DNA of 52,840 nt from a virus (IMGVR_UViG_3300020202_000091:1-52840), one strand, 5' to 3'. Shown: positions 36,621 through 46,087, numbered from the stretch's first letter. Program-made: numbers and translations. The notes: generated by a model from the sequence alone, not told the origin.

Positions 36621-37121
36621 TTATTTAGTTTCTTGTAAAAAAACTCTTTGAGCTTTTTTGCGTCTATAGCTTTCTCGATAATAAGTTCGCACCCCAATCA
36701 TGTGTTTTTCGCAAAGGCAATGATCTTTAAAACATGGTTGTGGACAGTGATAGCAGGTGTTTGTTTTTCTTTTGTTCTCTAATCGTGAACGTACATAATT
36801 TATTCTGTTCTGATTTTTTTGTTCGGTTGTTAGTAGTGGTTTAAGGCGCTTGGTTACTCCACGGAAAAGAACATTCTGACGTAATTCAACAAACCTACAA
36901 TTTGAGAGTTCATAATTTCCGTTGCTATCAATTCGATCTATGGATGGCTTTTTTAGCGTGTCTGCATTGTCTCTTTTCCATAAGAACTTAATGTCATCGA
37001 GACTCAAAAGACATTTAATTCCTTTGCCGCCATAATATTTGTAATTTATTGCTTTTGGATATTCGCAACGAGTTTTAATGCTATTCAGTTTTAATTTGAA
37101 AAATATGTCGTCGTGTTCCAT
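36621..37121 (-). CDS. HNH-type homing endonuclease-like protein
   Basis: RC......YKYYGGKGI, SIDRIDSNGNYELSNCRF. Confidence 0.85.
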   Translation of the reverse strand: MEHDDIFFKLKLNSIKTRCEYPKAINYKYYGGKGIKCLLSLDDIKFLWKRDNADTLKKPSIDRIDSNGNYELSNCRFVELRQNVLFRGVTKRLKPLLTTEQKNQNRINYVRSRLENKRKTNTCYHCPQPCFKDHCLCEKHMIGVRTYYRESYRRKKAQRVFLQETK

Positions 37122-37158
37122 AAATCTCTAATAAAGAGCGACTAATCGCTCAACTTAC

Positions 37159-37271
37159 TGGCTGTGCAGGATTTTAGGCATCCGCGCCCACCTGCCGCTA
37201 CTCGTCAGGACCGCCTAGGTCATTCCGCAGTAGAATTACGCTGATGTGGTACGCCATCCACAGGACAGCCA
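37159..37271 (-). ncRNA. Putative tRNA-like structured RNA 3
   Basis: TGGCTGT/ACAGCCA closing stem stacked on a GCAGG/CCTGC arm. Confidence 0.55.
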
Positions 37272-37279
37272 TTATTTGT

Positions 37280-37398
37280 GTCGGCGGCAGTTTGGCTATC
37301 TCTGCAACAACGACGGCTTCTCACCGCCCGAAGCGTTTGATTGGGACTATCCGGCTACCCAATTCTGCTTTACTGTCAGGGTGCTACCCCACGCCGAC
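37280..37398 (-). ncRNA. Putative tRNA-like structured RNA 2
   Basis: GTCGGCG/CGCCGAC closing stem stacked on GCAG/CTGC; internal GGGT/ACCC, TTGGG/CCCAA and GGC/GCC hairpins. Confidence 0.55.
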
Positions 37399-37416
37399 GA
37401 AACTTTATTAATATTG

Positions 37417-37513
37417 GGTCGGCGGTGGGGAATTTCACCCATTGCGTCCCCCGCTCTCGCGTGGTGCTTTCTCGCCCTCTTTGGGCCTTGTAACGCCTAT
37501 ACGCTCGCCGACC
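37417..37513 (-). ncRNA. Putative tRNA-like structured RNA 1
   Basis: GGTCGGCG/CGCCGACC closing stem; GGG-TGAAATT-CCC T-arm-like hairpin; followed by CA. Confidence 0.55.
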
Positions 37514-37557
37514 TAAACTTACTTCTTCAAAGAACGGTTTTTTGGTCTAGTGATGCT

Positions 37558-37929
37558 TTAGCTTGCTTTGTTCGTTTGTGGTTCTCCTAACGCATCTTTC
37601 AGCCGTGCCATTGCGAGGTTGTAAATATCTCCGGCGTCTTTTGAAACAACGTCCAGATTTTCAGCAGAGGCAATGCGCGGAAGAACGATGATCGCGGCCA
37701 TGGTTTTTGTGGACGGAATAAAAGTACAAATTGTTGCGCAGATTAAAAGCGTGTACCCGATATGCCTAACAATCCGCATGTTTTTCTTTCGGTAGTGTTG
37801 GTATTCATAATTGGCCGCGTAATTAAGGCACGAAATAATAAAACTTATGCCAATTATTATTGACGCCACAAGAAAGACGCACTGAATATCATCTAGCTTG
37901 AAAAGCCAGTAAACCGTCCACGCACTCAT
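37558..37929 (-). CDS. Membrane protein, two TM helices
   Basis: YW..KLD, two hydrophobic helices, IPSTKTMAA motif. Confidence 0.7.
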   Translation of the reverse strand: MSAWTVYWLFKLDDIQCVFLVASIIIGISFIISCLNYAANYEYQHYRKKNMRIVRHIGYTLLICATICTFIPSTKTMAAIIVLPRIASAENLDVVSKDAGDIYNLAMARLKDALGEPQTNKAS

Positions 37930-37994
37930 TCACTCACCCCCTTTTTGAGTTACCACGTTCCGTTTCAACACTAGACCTTGAGAATCCTCTTGGT

Positions 37995-38267
37995 CTAGCC
38001 CAACGCCTCGTTCTTAGTTCCACCGGTCTGTTTCTCGGTAATCTTTTGTGCTGTCAACCCAACCCGCCCCGCCAACAAACGAATGAAGCCAACCTCCCCA
38101 TCGGTGATGATTTCGCCAACCTCGGCGTTCGTCAGCATCTTCCCCCATCCGTAGAAGCCGTCATACATCCTGTCTATGAACTCTCTTTCGCTTTTTGAAA
38201 ACCGCCAGTAAAACATGACCTTCATAAGCCCGACCATTTCGTGAAGCGTGTATTTCCTTTCGCTCAA
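37995..38267 (-). CDS. Hypothetical protein
   Basis: Coupled ORF. Confidence 0.55.
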   Translation of the reverse strand: MSERKYTLHEMVGLMKVMFYWRFSKSEREFIDRMYDGFYGWGKMLTNAEVGEIITDGEVGFIRLLAGRVGLTAQKITEKQTGGTKNEALG

Positions 38268-38785
38268 AAAGGAATCTCGTCCGTCTGACCAGCCAAGTCC
38301 TCGAGCTGTATCTCGGGCAAATCACCCAAAGAAGCCTGCTTGTGTTCCTTGGAAACCTTTTTGACCTTCCACTTGGTTTCCTTGTCCTTCCCTGTCTTTC
38401 CGATCACCAGTTGGTCACCTTTAGACGGACGAACCATGCAGAACGCCTCGAACAAAGGTAGAGATCCGGATTCAAGCTGCCCCTCTTCGAAGAAATAGAC
38501 GATGGAGTAGCCCTTCGGGTGGTTCGGGTCCCAGTACTTGTTCTTGAACGGCTTGTCGTTCTTATCTAACCTCTTCTCGCCTGTCGTTGGGTCGATTGCG
38601 AACTCTGGATATGAGTAGCGGAGGCAATATTTCAAGTTGTCCTTCCAGCTTTTCGTTTGGCCTTTGATCGTCCTGTCTTCGTTGGCCTTCTTGTCCCAAC
38701 CGATGAAGGTAAGCGGAACCTCCTGGTCTTGGAAAACTTCGGTTCTGATGTACTTATTCTCGGTCTTCGGAAAATCACTCTGCAT
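38264..38785 (-). CDS. Probable single-stranded DNA-binding protein
   Basis: AGGAGG RBS; acidic tail ending DEIPF; next to an exonuclease. Confidence 0.55.
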   Translation of the reverse strand: MQSDFPKTENKYIRTEVFQDQEVPLTFIGWDKKANEDRTIKGQTKSWKDNLKYCLRYSYPEFAIDPTTGEKRLDKNDKPFKNKYWDPNHPKGYSIVYFFEEGQLESGSLPLFEAFCMVRPSKGDQLVIGKTGKDKETKWKVKKVSKEHKQASLGDLPEIQLEDLAGQTDEIPF

Positions 38786-38796
38786 GATGCCTCCTT

Positions 38797-39678
38797 TTAA
38801 ATGCCGTACCTTTTTCTAAACTGCCTTCTTTTCTCCAAAGCTATCTCAAAATAGCCGTTCACATCGTTTGAAATGATGGGTTTTGAGTACCCTTGCTGAG
38901 TCTCGCCGTTCACAGGGATTGCGACCATGCGCTTTAAACCAAGTTTTTTAGCGCAAACGCTCATTTGGATAAAGGCTGAGTCCTTATCAACGTTCCGCTT
39001 GTAGTCAAAAACGGTGGTCAAATCTTCGAGGATTACAGGCTTTGTCTTTGTTCCGATATTCCAGCCTTTCGTTGTGGCGATAAGGTCTGGTTCAAAGGTA
39101 ATTTCGTTCTCACAGTCCCACATCCTCTCGCCGTTTTGCATGTCGGTTATGGGGAACTCGGCCAGGAACGCCGGGAAGTCAAAGTCATTGTGGCCAACCG
39201 TCTTGCCTTTTAGGGTTAAAAGGTGCGGTTTGCAGAGCGGGATTTGTTCGGCCTTAAGCCATTGGCCTGTCTTTACAAACTCACGGCAACGGATGTCTTG
39301 GATACACCCTAAAGCTATTGCGATCTCCAGCTCCTCATCGGTGCAATAGAAGGCCTTTCGGTCAAAGTCTCTTATCGTCGTAATTGAAGGATGCTTCTTA
39401 CCGCAATTCGGGCAATCAAGAATACGAAGATGCTTAAATTCTTTCTGTATCTTCTCGGCAGCGGCCATCTGCTCCATATTCTTGAAGGCGTTGTAGCAGA
39501 GGGCTTGTAACTCACCGTGCCGGACTTCGATGGTTGAGGCCGCAACAGCATCGATTGACTTATCGTCGGCCTCTATTTCAAACTCCTCTGCCGCAGAGAA
39601 CGAAGGGCGTGAGTTTTCAAATGGCCCCGTGGCTATGACGCCCTGAAATGATGCGCTGATTGAGATTTTTCTTTTCAT
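38797..39678 (-). CDS. PD-(D/E)XK exonuclease-like recombination protein
   Basis: PSITT, E.PDL, VFDYK, Q...C motifs. Confidence 0.65.
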   Translation of the reverse strand: MKRKISISASFQGVIATGPFENSRPSFSAAEEFEIEADDKSIDAVAASTIEVRHGELQALCYNAFKNMEQMAAAEKIQKEFKHLRILDCPNCGKKHPSITTIRDFDRKAFYCTDEELEIAIALGCIQDIRCREFVKTGQWLKAEQIPLCKPHLLTLKGKTVGHNDFDFPAFLAEFPITDMQNGERMWDCENEITFEPDLIATTKGWNIGTKTKPVILEDLTTVFDYKRNVDKDSAFIQMSVCAKKLGLKRMVAIPVNGETQQGYSKPIISNDVNGYFEIALEKRRQFRKRYGI

Positions 39679-39794
39679 TTAATCAACAGGCCTTTTTATA
39701 TATTCCGGGTAAAGAACCTTTAGTAGCTTTCGGAACTCTTCATGTGCTGTAGTAGGATTTTCATCTTCCACGGTTAATGCTTCATAAGTTATTT

Positions 39795-40112
39795 TCACGC
39801 CGCCACCCCCACATATTCCAAAGACTCGTAGACATCCTCCTTAATCATTCCGAACAAACGGTATTTTTCTTCCTGTGGAAGGTGTCTTAGGAAACCTTCT
39901 TGCACAAGTTCCTGTTTGTACCTATTGGCCCTATTTGAATAGTTGTCCACGCCCCAGCGGATGATCTCATGAGTTTTCCAGTACCTTTTGGATTTGAGGA
40001 AAAGCTTTAGGCGGTCTTTGTTGGTGAAAAAAAGATCAACCGGCAAGAAGAATCGCCCTCCATTTTTTAACGGCCTTTTCTTTTTCTTTGTTTGGACCAC
40101 AGCTAATCCCAC
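39795..40112 (-). CDS. Hypothetical protein (start uncertain)
   Basis: Co-oriented ORF. Confidence 0.5.
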   Translation of the reverse strand: MGLAVVQTKKKKRPLKNGGRFFLPVDLFFTNKDRLKLFLKSKRYWKTHEIIRWGVDNYSNRANRYKQELVQEGFLRHLPQEEKYRLFGMIKEDVYESLEYVGVAA

Positions 40113-40527
40113 GCAATTTGTTGGCTCGATACGTCACTGGCTCTAAATGCTTTGGGTTGACACAGGATTTATTTCGACACAAGTGGTCTATTATTAACCC
40201 AGGTGGTATCGCCCCAAACGCACGCTCGTAATAAACTCTGTGGGCGAGTTTTGGCGCTTTTCTTGCAGCACCCTCAATTTCAACAAGAACCCTTCCATAG
40301 CCGTCTGGAAACTTTGCGTGTAGCCAATTCCAGCAACCATTTTTTACGACCTTATACTGCGGATCGTTTCTTACAGACCAATGCCCACGCCTAAATTTGT
40401 AATGTTTAACAACGGTTTTATATGCTTTTATGATTTTTGTGGGCTTTCCACATCCGCACAAACACATGCCGCTGGGGTTTTCATCTACCATTGCGCTTTT
40501 TGACAGAAACGGGCGACCCAATTTCAC
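40036..40527 (-). CDS. HNH endonuclease
   Basis: CLCGCG, CWNW, GYG, AHRVYY, IDHLCRNKSCVNPKHLE.VT...N. Confidence 0.9.
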   Translation of the reverse strand: MKLGRPFLSKSAMVDENPSGMCLCGCGKPTKIIKAYKTVVKHYKFRRGHWSVRNDPQYKVVKNGCWNWLHAKFPDGYGRVLVEIEGAARKAPKLAHRVYYERAFGAIPPGLIIDHLCRNKSCVNPKHLEPVTYRANKLRGISCGPNKEKEKAVKKWRAILLAG

Positions 40528-40742
40528 GGAACCACCACCTGACTCGGAGAGTCTTGAACACCTTTGCCGTAAGAATACGGCCTTAGCCTAGACTCCGAAA
40601 AATCACCCGTATGGCTCTGCAAGTGATCGAACATCGCTATCCTAAAATCTATCCGTAGGAATATCTCTGACATACCCCACCTATCATGTCTAATTACCCA
40701 TTCGTGACGGCAAATCGGGCATTGGGAGCGCATCTCTTTCAT
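40524..40742 (-). CDS. Small zinc-finger-like protein
   Basis: CPIC...H...H. Confidence 0.45.
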   Translation of the reverse strand: MKEMRSQCPICRHEWVIRHDRWGMSEIFLRIDFRIAMFDHLQSHTGDFSESRLRPYSYGKGVQDSPSQVVVP

Positions 40743-41173
40743 GGTTTTAAAATCTCTTCGCATTTTTCGTACCAAAACTTTCCTAGTTCCCTAAGACGTT
40801 CGTTGTCCTCTCTCAATGATTCAAGCTCACACTCCAAACCATCCAAATCTCTGATCGCATCATCGGCGGCATCGACGGCATAAGATACTTCGCAGTTTTC
40901 GCAATCGCACTCTCTTGCTTTTTTAGCGGACTCACAATTATCAATAGCCGAGTTTATATACTTGATTACCTTGTCTATGGCCGAGCATGTGGTTTCTGGT
41001 ATTTTTCCAGCTTCTTCTTTCCACTTTTGCATTAAAACGGCGTTTGGTGTGCAGCCGGGCTGTCTTTCAAAGAGTTTTCCATTGTCAAAGTATTCAGGGA
41101 ACGATTCTTTAAGATAGCCACCAAACCAATCAATAGCTTCTTTCAACTCCTTATCAGCAACCGCATCACTCAC
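40739..41173 (-). CDS. Hypothetical coiled-coil protein
   Basis: TC..ID, LESLREDNERLRE.G pattern. Confidence 0.6.
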   Translation of the reverse strand: MSDAVADKELKEAIDWFGGYLKESFPEYFDNGKLFERQPGCTPNAVLMQKWKEEAGKIPETTCSAIDKVIKYINSAIDNCESAKKARECDCENCEVSYAVDAADDAIRDLDGLECELESLREDNERLRELGKFWYEKCEEILKP

Positions 41174-41297
41174 CGGTCTTGCTCCCCATCCATCATTTCA
41201 TCCGCTTTACAAAGAAGGTCGTTCTCAATGTCTCTGTATTCCATTTCTTCTTTGTTTTCATACTCGTATTGGGCGCGGCGGAAGCCTTTGGGGTCCA

Positions 41298-41528
41298 TTA
41301 TTTTTCTCTTTCCGCGATCATGGCGTCGGCCAGTGAATAGGCAACGTTTGCATACATGTCGCCATTTATGACAACAGACAAATCATCGAGTTTTCGGACA
41401 ATGAGGCCTTGTAATGCATGTGCCGCAAAGTAGTCACGGAGTGACATGCCTGGATGTCCATTAGTTTCGTAGTCTCCGAGCCTGACTTTGTTGCTGCTTG
41501 GAAACGCTGGACCGCCACCATTTTTCAT
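41298..41528 (-). CDS. Conserved phage protein
   Basis: GGPAFP...GMSLRDYFAA.ALQG...AY..ADAMI.ER. Confidence 0.8.
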   Translation of the reverse strand: MKNGGGPAFPSSNKVRLGDYETNGHPGMSLRDYFAAHALQGLIVRKLDDLSVVINGDMYANVAYSLADAMIAEREK

Positions 41529-41676
41529 ATTCTTGCCCCATGTTTTTGAACCAAGTGAATCTTCACCCTATTCAATTTTTCAGACGTAAAATCACAGTGT
41601 TTGCAGCAGAACGTAGACCCCTCTTCGCTGTGATGGGCGATATAGTCTTTTGAGGTTGTTACACCAAAAGCCTTTT

Positions 41677-41958
41677 TCACATGCCCTCCGATTTACGATT
41701 CTCGTTCTTTGCACTAGACAAAAACAAAACCCTCCACTCCCTATAGCACTCAGGGCTTATATGATCCGTCACGTTCAGAATCCCCCTATGCTCCGGCCCT
41801 CTCTTGGTATAGGAGCAGTCCTCGGCATGAACAATCGTTGGTGGGATTGCAATATATCCAACCTTGTTATTGACATCCCTAACCTCCATCTTGTTCTTAA
41901 TGAACCCGCAACAAACGATAATCAGGTCTTTGGTCATTGTTCTACCCAAATTCCCCAA
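41677..41958 (-). CDS. Hypothetical protein
   Basis: Co-oriented ORF; H.I.PEC motif. Confidence 0.45.
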   Translation of the reverse strand: MGNLGRTMTKDLIIVCCGFIKNKMEVRDVNNKVGYIAIPPTIVHAEDCSYTKRGPEHRGILNVTDHISPECYREWRVLFLSSAKNENRKSEGM

Positions 41959-42097
41959 CCATCTTTTTTATAGCCAGCATCTAAATACAGTTTTGTTGTC
42001 TCTATATTTTCTTCTTTCCTAATTTCTTCGCATAACACAAGACCCCAACAAATTGCTGCGATAAATCCGACGTACATAAAGGCTTCTGCTACTTGCT

Positions 42098-42373
42098 TCA
42101 TTTCCCCTTGTCCTTAAGTGAGCGGATGGCTTTGGCCGTTTCCTCAATTTTTGATACTGTGTAGGCTGCTCTTGCCTCCATCTCCGCTATTGCGTGAGCA
42201 TCGGCAACCCTTGCCGCCTCTTCCAACGCCTCTATGCGTTCTTGGTCGAGGAGTTGACGTATTTCTTCAATAGCTAATTGACGCCTTTTTAAACACGTTA
42301 GATCAGTGGTGTCCTTTCCAACCCTCCACCACTTACAAAAATCCTTCGCCTTCTCCAATGATGAGTTGGTCAT
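42098..42373 (-). CDS. Hypothetical phage protein
   Basis: ALEEAARVA...A.AIRSLK pattern. Confidence 0.6.
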   Translation of the reverse strand: MTNSSLEKAKDFCKWWRVGKDTTDLTCLKRRQLAIEEIRQLLDQERIEALEEAARVADAHAIAEMEARAAYTVSKIEETAKAIRSLKDKGK

Positions 42374-42906
42374 TTTTGGTCTAGTGATGCCAAAGGTTTC
42401 ATAATTTCAACTGGCAGATACCGCACCCCGAATTTCTTGGCCTCCAAATGCGAAGGAAAGAAAATGTCGATGTGTTTAATTGGGTTTTTATTTGAGCCAA
42501 ATTGAGACACGGCCCCGCGATCTTCAACGGTGTATGTATGGCCGTTTATATTGACTTTGGTTCCGAACGGAAGCCAGTTACAGGCTATGGTGTGATTTGG
42601 ACGGGCTTTTTTATTGGAGGCTGTGATACCGTCTGATTTGCCGCAGCATTTTACGCATGGGCAATAGGCGGTGATTTTAAAGATGCTGGCGGCAGGATTT
42701 TTACCTGCACAGTTTAATGTCCCTGTTGGACACCAGGAGTTATTGAAGTGGGCGGGCCTGATCCCATGTTCACCATTTCTCAGCGGGTTCATCCCGCCAC
42801 GCCAGTAAACTTTAGAATAGGAAAATACCCTCTGTTGGGCTAGACAAAAAAGCCCAAAAAACAGTGCACTTAATAGGAATAGTGCTGTCCAACTTCCCCG
42901 CCTCAC
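42370..42906 (-). CDS. 3D-domain cell wall hydrolase (MltA-like) with N-terminal signal/TM
   Basis: GGAGG RBS; ITAYCPC..CCGK.DGITAS, LPFGTKV.I, VEDRG, IDIF, A..FG. Confidence 0.88.
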   Translation of the reverse strand: MRRGSWTALFLLSALFFGLFCLAQQRVFSYSKVYWRGGMNPLRNGEHGIRPAHFNNSWCPTGTLNCAGKNPAASIFKITAYCPCVKCCGKSDGITASNKKARPNHTIACNWLPFGTKVNINGHTYTVEDRGAVSQFGSNKNPIKHIDIFFPSHLEAKKFGVRYLPVEIMKPLASLDQK

Positions 42907-42921
42907 TTCTACCTCCGAAAT

Positions 42922-42963
42922 AAAGAAGCCCCAATCTCAAGCCGTTAGGCCTAAAATCAGGGC
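42922..42963 (-). terminator. Intrinsic terminator
   Basis: GCCCTGATTTTAGGCC-TAAC-GGCTTGAGATTGGGGC followed by TTCTTT. Confidence 0.75.
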
Positions 42964-42966
42964 ATT

Positions 42967-43002
42967 AAAAACCCCGACTCGGCCTTTCGGCCTCATCAGG
43001 GC
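42967..43002 (-). terminator. Intrinsic terminator
   Basis: CCCTGAT-GA-GGCC-GAAA-GGCC-GA-GTCGGGG followed by TTTTT. Confidence 0.75.
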
Positions 43003-43165
43003 TTATCTTTACTTCGTTAGCTTGCCAAACCTACGGAGAGTCTGGGATTCGTAGGTAGGGTAAAACTAAGAAGTATAGACTTGCCCTGACGAGGTACTAA
43101 AAGCACCCACGGCAGCCGGAACAAGGGCTCTGACACCCAGGTGGGAAAATGCGCCACCGTGGGGC
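42991..43165 (-). ncRNA. Structured leader: small multibranch element plus a long rod hairpin
   Basis: GCCCCACGG/CCGTGGGTGC-closed junction (43103-43165); rod with CCTCGTCAGGGC/GCCCTGATGAGG, TACTTC/GAAGTA and CCTACG/CGTAGG pairings (42991-43094). Confidence 0.55.
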
Positions 43166-43234
43166 GACGACTTGGAAAAGGTTTTGTCAGAGTTTTGTTC
43201 CGTTTTCATAGGTGACTATTTTTTAACATTTCTC

Positions 43235-44161
43235 CTATTTGTTGTCAACAAGCATTTTTTGTCCCAAAGCATCTATCATTTTCACAAGCTTTTTCCCATG
43301 GAGATGCGTGTAGTGATTCGTCATGCCGGGATCTTTGTGCCTAGCAAATTGCATTCCTTGAATTTGGCCAAACTCCTCTACAATCTTCGAAGTTGCCGTG
43401 TGCCTGAGTTTATGCGGGTTCACCCTGAATCCAACTTTTTTTGATACGGCGCGGAATCTCTCTCTCACAGAATGCTCGTTTAGTTTTGTGCCGGTTCTGT
43501 TGCAAAAAAGATATTCGGATTTCACACGACGAGCCGCAAGCCATGTTATTAGATAGTCCTTCGTCGAAAGACTGATCGGCGCTCTGTGAAATTCATCTGT
43601 TTTTTTGATGTATACCTTGACGGTCCTCTCCTCGAAATTAATGTCCGATATTTTGACCGAGCATACCTGAGATACGCGAAGGCCGGTATCCATAAGGAAC
43701 CTTACAAGGACAAGATCACGAAATTCCAGCGTATCGCAACTATATAGGTATTGAACCTGCTCATCTGTTAGACATTCAGCCTCTTTTTTATATGGCCTTC
43801 TGAACGAGTTTTTCACGTATGGGTTTCTTTCTATTAGGAGCTCTTGCGCGGCCCACCTAAGATAGCAAGAGGCGGCTTGCCCGAGCCTAAACTGCATCCC
43901 CTCGCCGTTGTCGATGTGGCCGCCGTTCCAAATCTTCTTTCTTTTTTGTGAGGCGGCGATAACAGCCCTCTCTATCTCTGAGCCCCTATTTACATCTAGC
44001 ATTGAATGGCCGAGCTCTTCTTCTATCTTCTCTATGAAACGTTCGTTTTTTCTTACTACCTCAGGAGCCATGCGCCTTAGATCCCTCAAGTATTGAAGGT
44101 AGTTTTTTAAAGCTGTTTCTTTTGTTACAAACGGTTGCGTGGCCGGGTTTATTTCGGTCAT
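43235..44161 (-). CDS. Tyrosine recombinase/integrase
   Basis: TGLRVS, K, HKLRH, RH, T.HY catalytic set. Confidence 0.92.
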   Translation of the reverse strand: MTEINPATQPFVTKETALKNYLQYLRDLRRMAPEVVRKNERFIEKIEEELGHSMLDVNRGSEIERAVIAASQKRKKIWNGGHIDNGEGMQFRLGQAASCYLRWAAQELLIERNPYVKNSFRRPYKKEAECLTDEQVQYLYSCDTLEFRDLVLVRFLMDTGLRVSQVCSVKISDINFEERTVKVYIKKTDEFHRAPISLSTKDYLITWLAARRVKSEYLFCNRTGTKLNEHSVRERFRAVSKKVGFRVNPHKLRHTATSKIVEEFGQIQGMQFARHKDPGMTNHYTHLHGKKLVKMIDALGQKMLVDNK

Positions 44162-44584
44162 AATAGTTAATTATTATAAGATTAAAAAATTTTAATCTTC
44201 TGATGTTATTCCCCCGGTTTCCGTCCTAATTCCACCTTTTCTTTATGTCTTTTAAGCATAAACATCAGCTATGACTTTTTAAATAGTTCCTCTACGTCTA
44301 GTGTAAACTTTAGCTTCCGTGGTTCAGTATGGCATTTGCAATAACAGTTGATTTCTTCGTGGTCCACCGTAAGACAGCCTTCTGCGTGTTTCATAATGCC
44401 TTTCTGATCTTTTTTGGTCTAGTGGTACAACGGCTTCTTTTTTCGCACGGCACGCATCGAACACGCTTTCCTTTGAAATCGCCGCTGTCGTAGGCAATCG
44501 TCGCGCCGCATTTGCAATGCCCAACCACAATCCGTTTATTCAAAATGTCTTTTTTCATTTAGATTCTCGTATCAACACTAGACA

Positions 44585-44857
44585 TTACGCCTCTACTGAT
44601 TTAATGGCTTCTTTGATAATATTAATTTCTTCTGAATAACCTTTTTCAGCATTTCCACCAACATCATCAATTAGATGGCCCATTGCTTCGAGAGCTACTT
44701 TGCACGCCTCTAAGAGCTTGTAATGGTTGTTTACGGCTTTTACAATCAGTTCTGCGTTTGCGCGATCTTCTTTATCGCGATTAAAGCAGCAATCAGCAAT
44801 ACCACATACTTCATTTCCATTAGCCTTCCACGGAAGCTGTGTATGAGAGGGTTTCAT
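44585..44857 (-). CDS. Conserved phage protein
   Basis: HT.LPW...ANAELIVKAVN...LLEAC. Confidence 0.75.
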   Translation of the reverse strand: MKPSHTQLPWKANGNEVCGIADCCFNRDKEDRANAELIVKAVNNHYKLLEACKVALEAMGHLIDDVGGNAEKGYSEEINIIKEAIKSVEA

Positions 44858-45109
44858 TTAGTCTAGTGTTTCTCCGGTTTTCTTTGCTCTTTCGGTGGTA
44901 TTGGATTCAACGTTTTTCCGCAGTTCAGGCACTGACCCCAATACGCCGATTGCACAGGCCCACACTTAGGACAAATCCACGTAGCAAAACTAGACACAGA
45001 GCCCATCAGGACTTTCCTTCGGCCTTACATTCACCACAGGCTAGGGAGTGCTTAAGATCCCTATCCACGCTCTTTCCAAATAGAAGATAATAGCATCGTA
45101 GACACTTGC

Positions 45110-45307
45110 TCATTTACGGCCCTCCGCTTTGGAGATTAGCATTCCATCAATCCCAAGAAACTCCCTCATCGTAATATAAGTTCTAAAGTATCTATATTTC
45201 TGAAACCTTATCCCTTCTAGATGAGCCAAACGAAAGCAAAAAAAAGAGGTTAGCATGAGCATGATTCCAATGATGATTATAATTTTATTTACCGTTTCAA
45301 CGCTCAT
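45110..45307 (-). CDS. Small membrane protein
   Basis: N-terminal TM helix. Confidence 0.55.
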   Translation of the reverse strand: MSVETVNKIIIIIGIMLMLTSFFCFRLAHLEGIRFQKYRYFRTYITMREFLGIDGMLISKAEGRK

Positions 45308-45308
45308 T

Positions 45309-45632
45309 CTACTTACCCCCTTTTCTTTTTGTCTGGGGGTGCTTTAGTTTTTCTTCGGCCTCAAACAGCCATTTCCAAGCCACGTTGGGGCTGCACGTAA
45401 TATCGCCATCTATCATGACCGCTCTTTCTTTGCGTAACAAGGTCCGTTCGATAACAACGCCGCCGCGCTTGCCTGATTCTATCAAAACGTCCTGGCTTTT
45501 GAGACTCATTGAGTGATGAATGCCTGTTCCTGGAATTGGCCCCGGCAATTTTGCAGACTCTTCTCTTGTAAGGATTTTCGGAGCCACATCAACCGTTGCC
45601 ATTTGTTCCACGTTTTTATCTCCACGTTTCAT
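45309..45632 (-). CDS. Hypothetical protein
   Basis: Co-oriented ORF. Confidence 0.55.
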   Translation of the reverse strand: MKRGDKNVEQMATVDVAPKILTREESAKLPGPIPGTGIHHSMSLKSQDVLIESGKRGGVVIERTLLRKERAVMIDGDITCSPNVAWKWLFEAEEKLKHPQTKRKGGK

Positions 45633-45666
45633 GTTTGCACTAGACCCAAACCCTATTTAAGAGGGG

Positions 45667-45984
45667 TTATATACGAGGCTGTATCCTAGCACACTGATCT
45701 TTTATGTTCTTTTCTATGGCTTCAATGAGAGGGCGTAAGTTCTTATAAAGCCCCTCTAGATTAAATACATGGCTAATGCCTCTGAAATTGCCAAATATAT
45801 GAACCGTATGTTCTTCATAATCTCGGTTTGAATACCCATTCGAATCTTTAAAAGATATAAACCCATTTGCTGCGAAGTTCTCTAAATCTAGATCGTGTTG
45901 CGCTAGGACGGAAATTAGTTCTTCAATGCTGTCTGGCTCTTGCCCAGCCCACTTAGATCCGTTTGATTTAATCAGCGTTTTCAT
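45667..45984 (-). CDS. Hypothetical early protein
   Basis: AAGGGAG RBS; first gene after a consensus promoter. Confidence 0.7.
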   Translation of the reverse strand: MKTLIKSNGSKWAGQEPDSIEELISVLAQHDLDLENFAANGFISFKDSNGYSNRDYEEHTVHIFGNFRGISHVFNLEGLYKNLRPLIEAIEKNIKDQCARIQPRI

Positions 45985-46038
45985 CGTCTCTCTCCCTTGT
46001 TTTGTTTATCGTAAGCCAGTCTTGCCTTGATGATTCTA

Positions 46039-46067
46039 ATTGTATCATTATGAATCTTAGATGTCAA
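46039..46067 (-). promoter_or_regulatory. Sigma70-type early promoter
   Basis: TTGACA-17 nt-TACAAT on the minus strand. Confidence 0.8.
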
Positions 46068-46087
46068 CAAAAAAGAACTAGATATTT

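Noticed and set aside
37159-37513. Canonical tRNA genes
   Set aside because: No GTTCRA T loop or standard anticodon arm, and the units are too long. Kept only as tRNA-like RNAs.
42970-43002. Hammerhead ribozyme-like CTGATGA-GGCC-GAAA-GGCC-GA on the minus strand, and CTGACGA at 43086 on the plus strand
   Set aside because: The core needs GAAA after stem II, but GAGT follows, and no stem I/III closure is evident. A terminator with tandem GA mismatches explains the sequence better.
43166-43234. attP site next to the integrase
   Set aside because: No tRNA 3' duplication or clear core and arm repeats could be identified without the host sequence.
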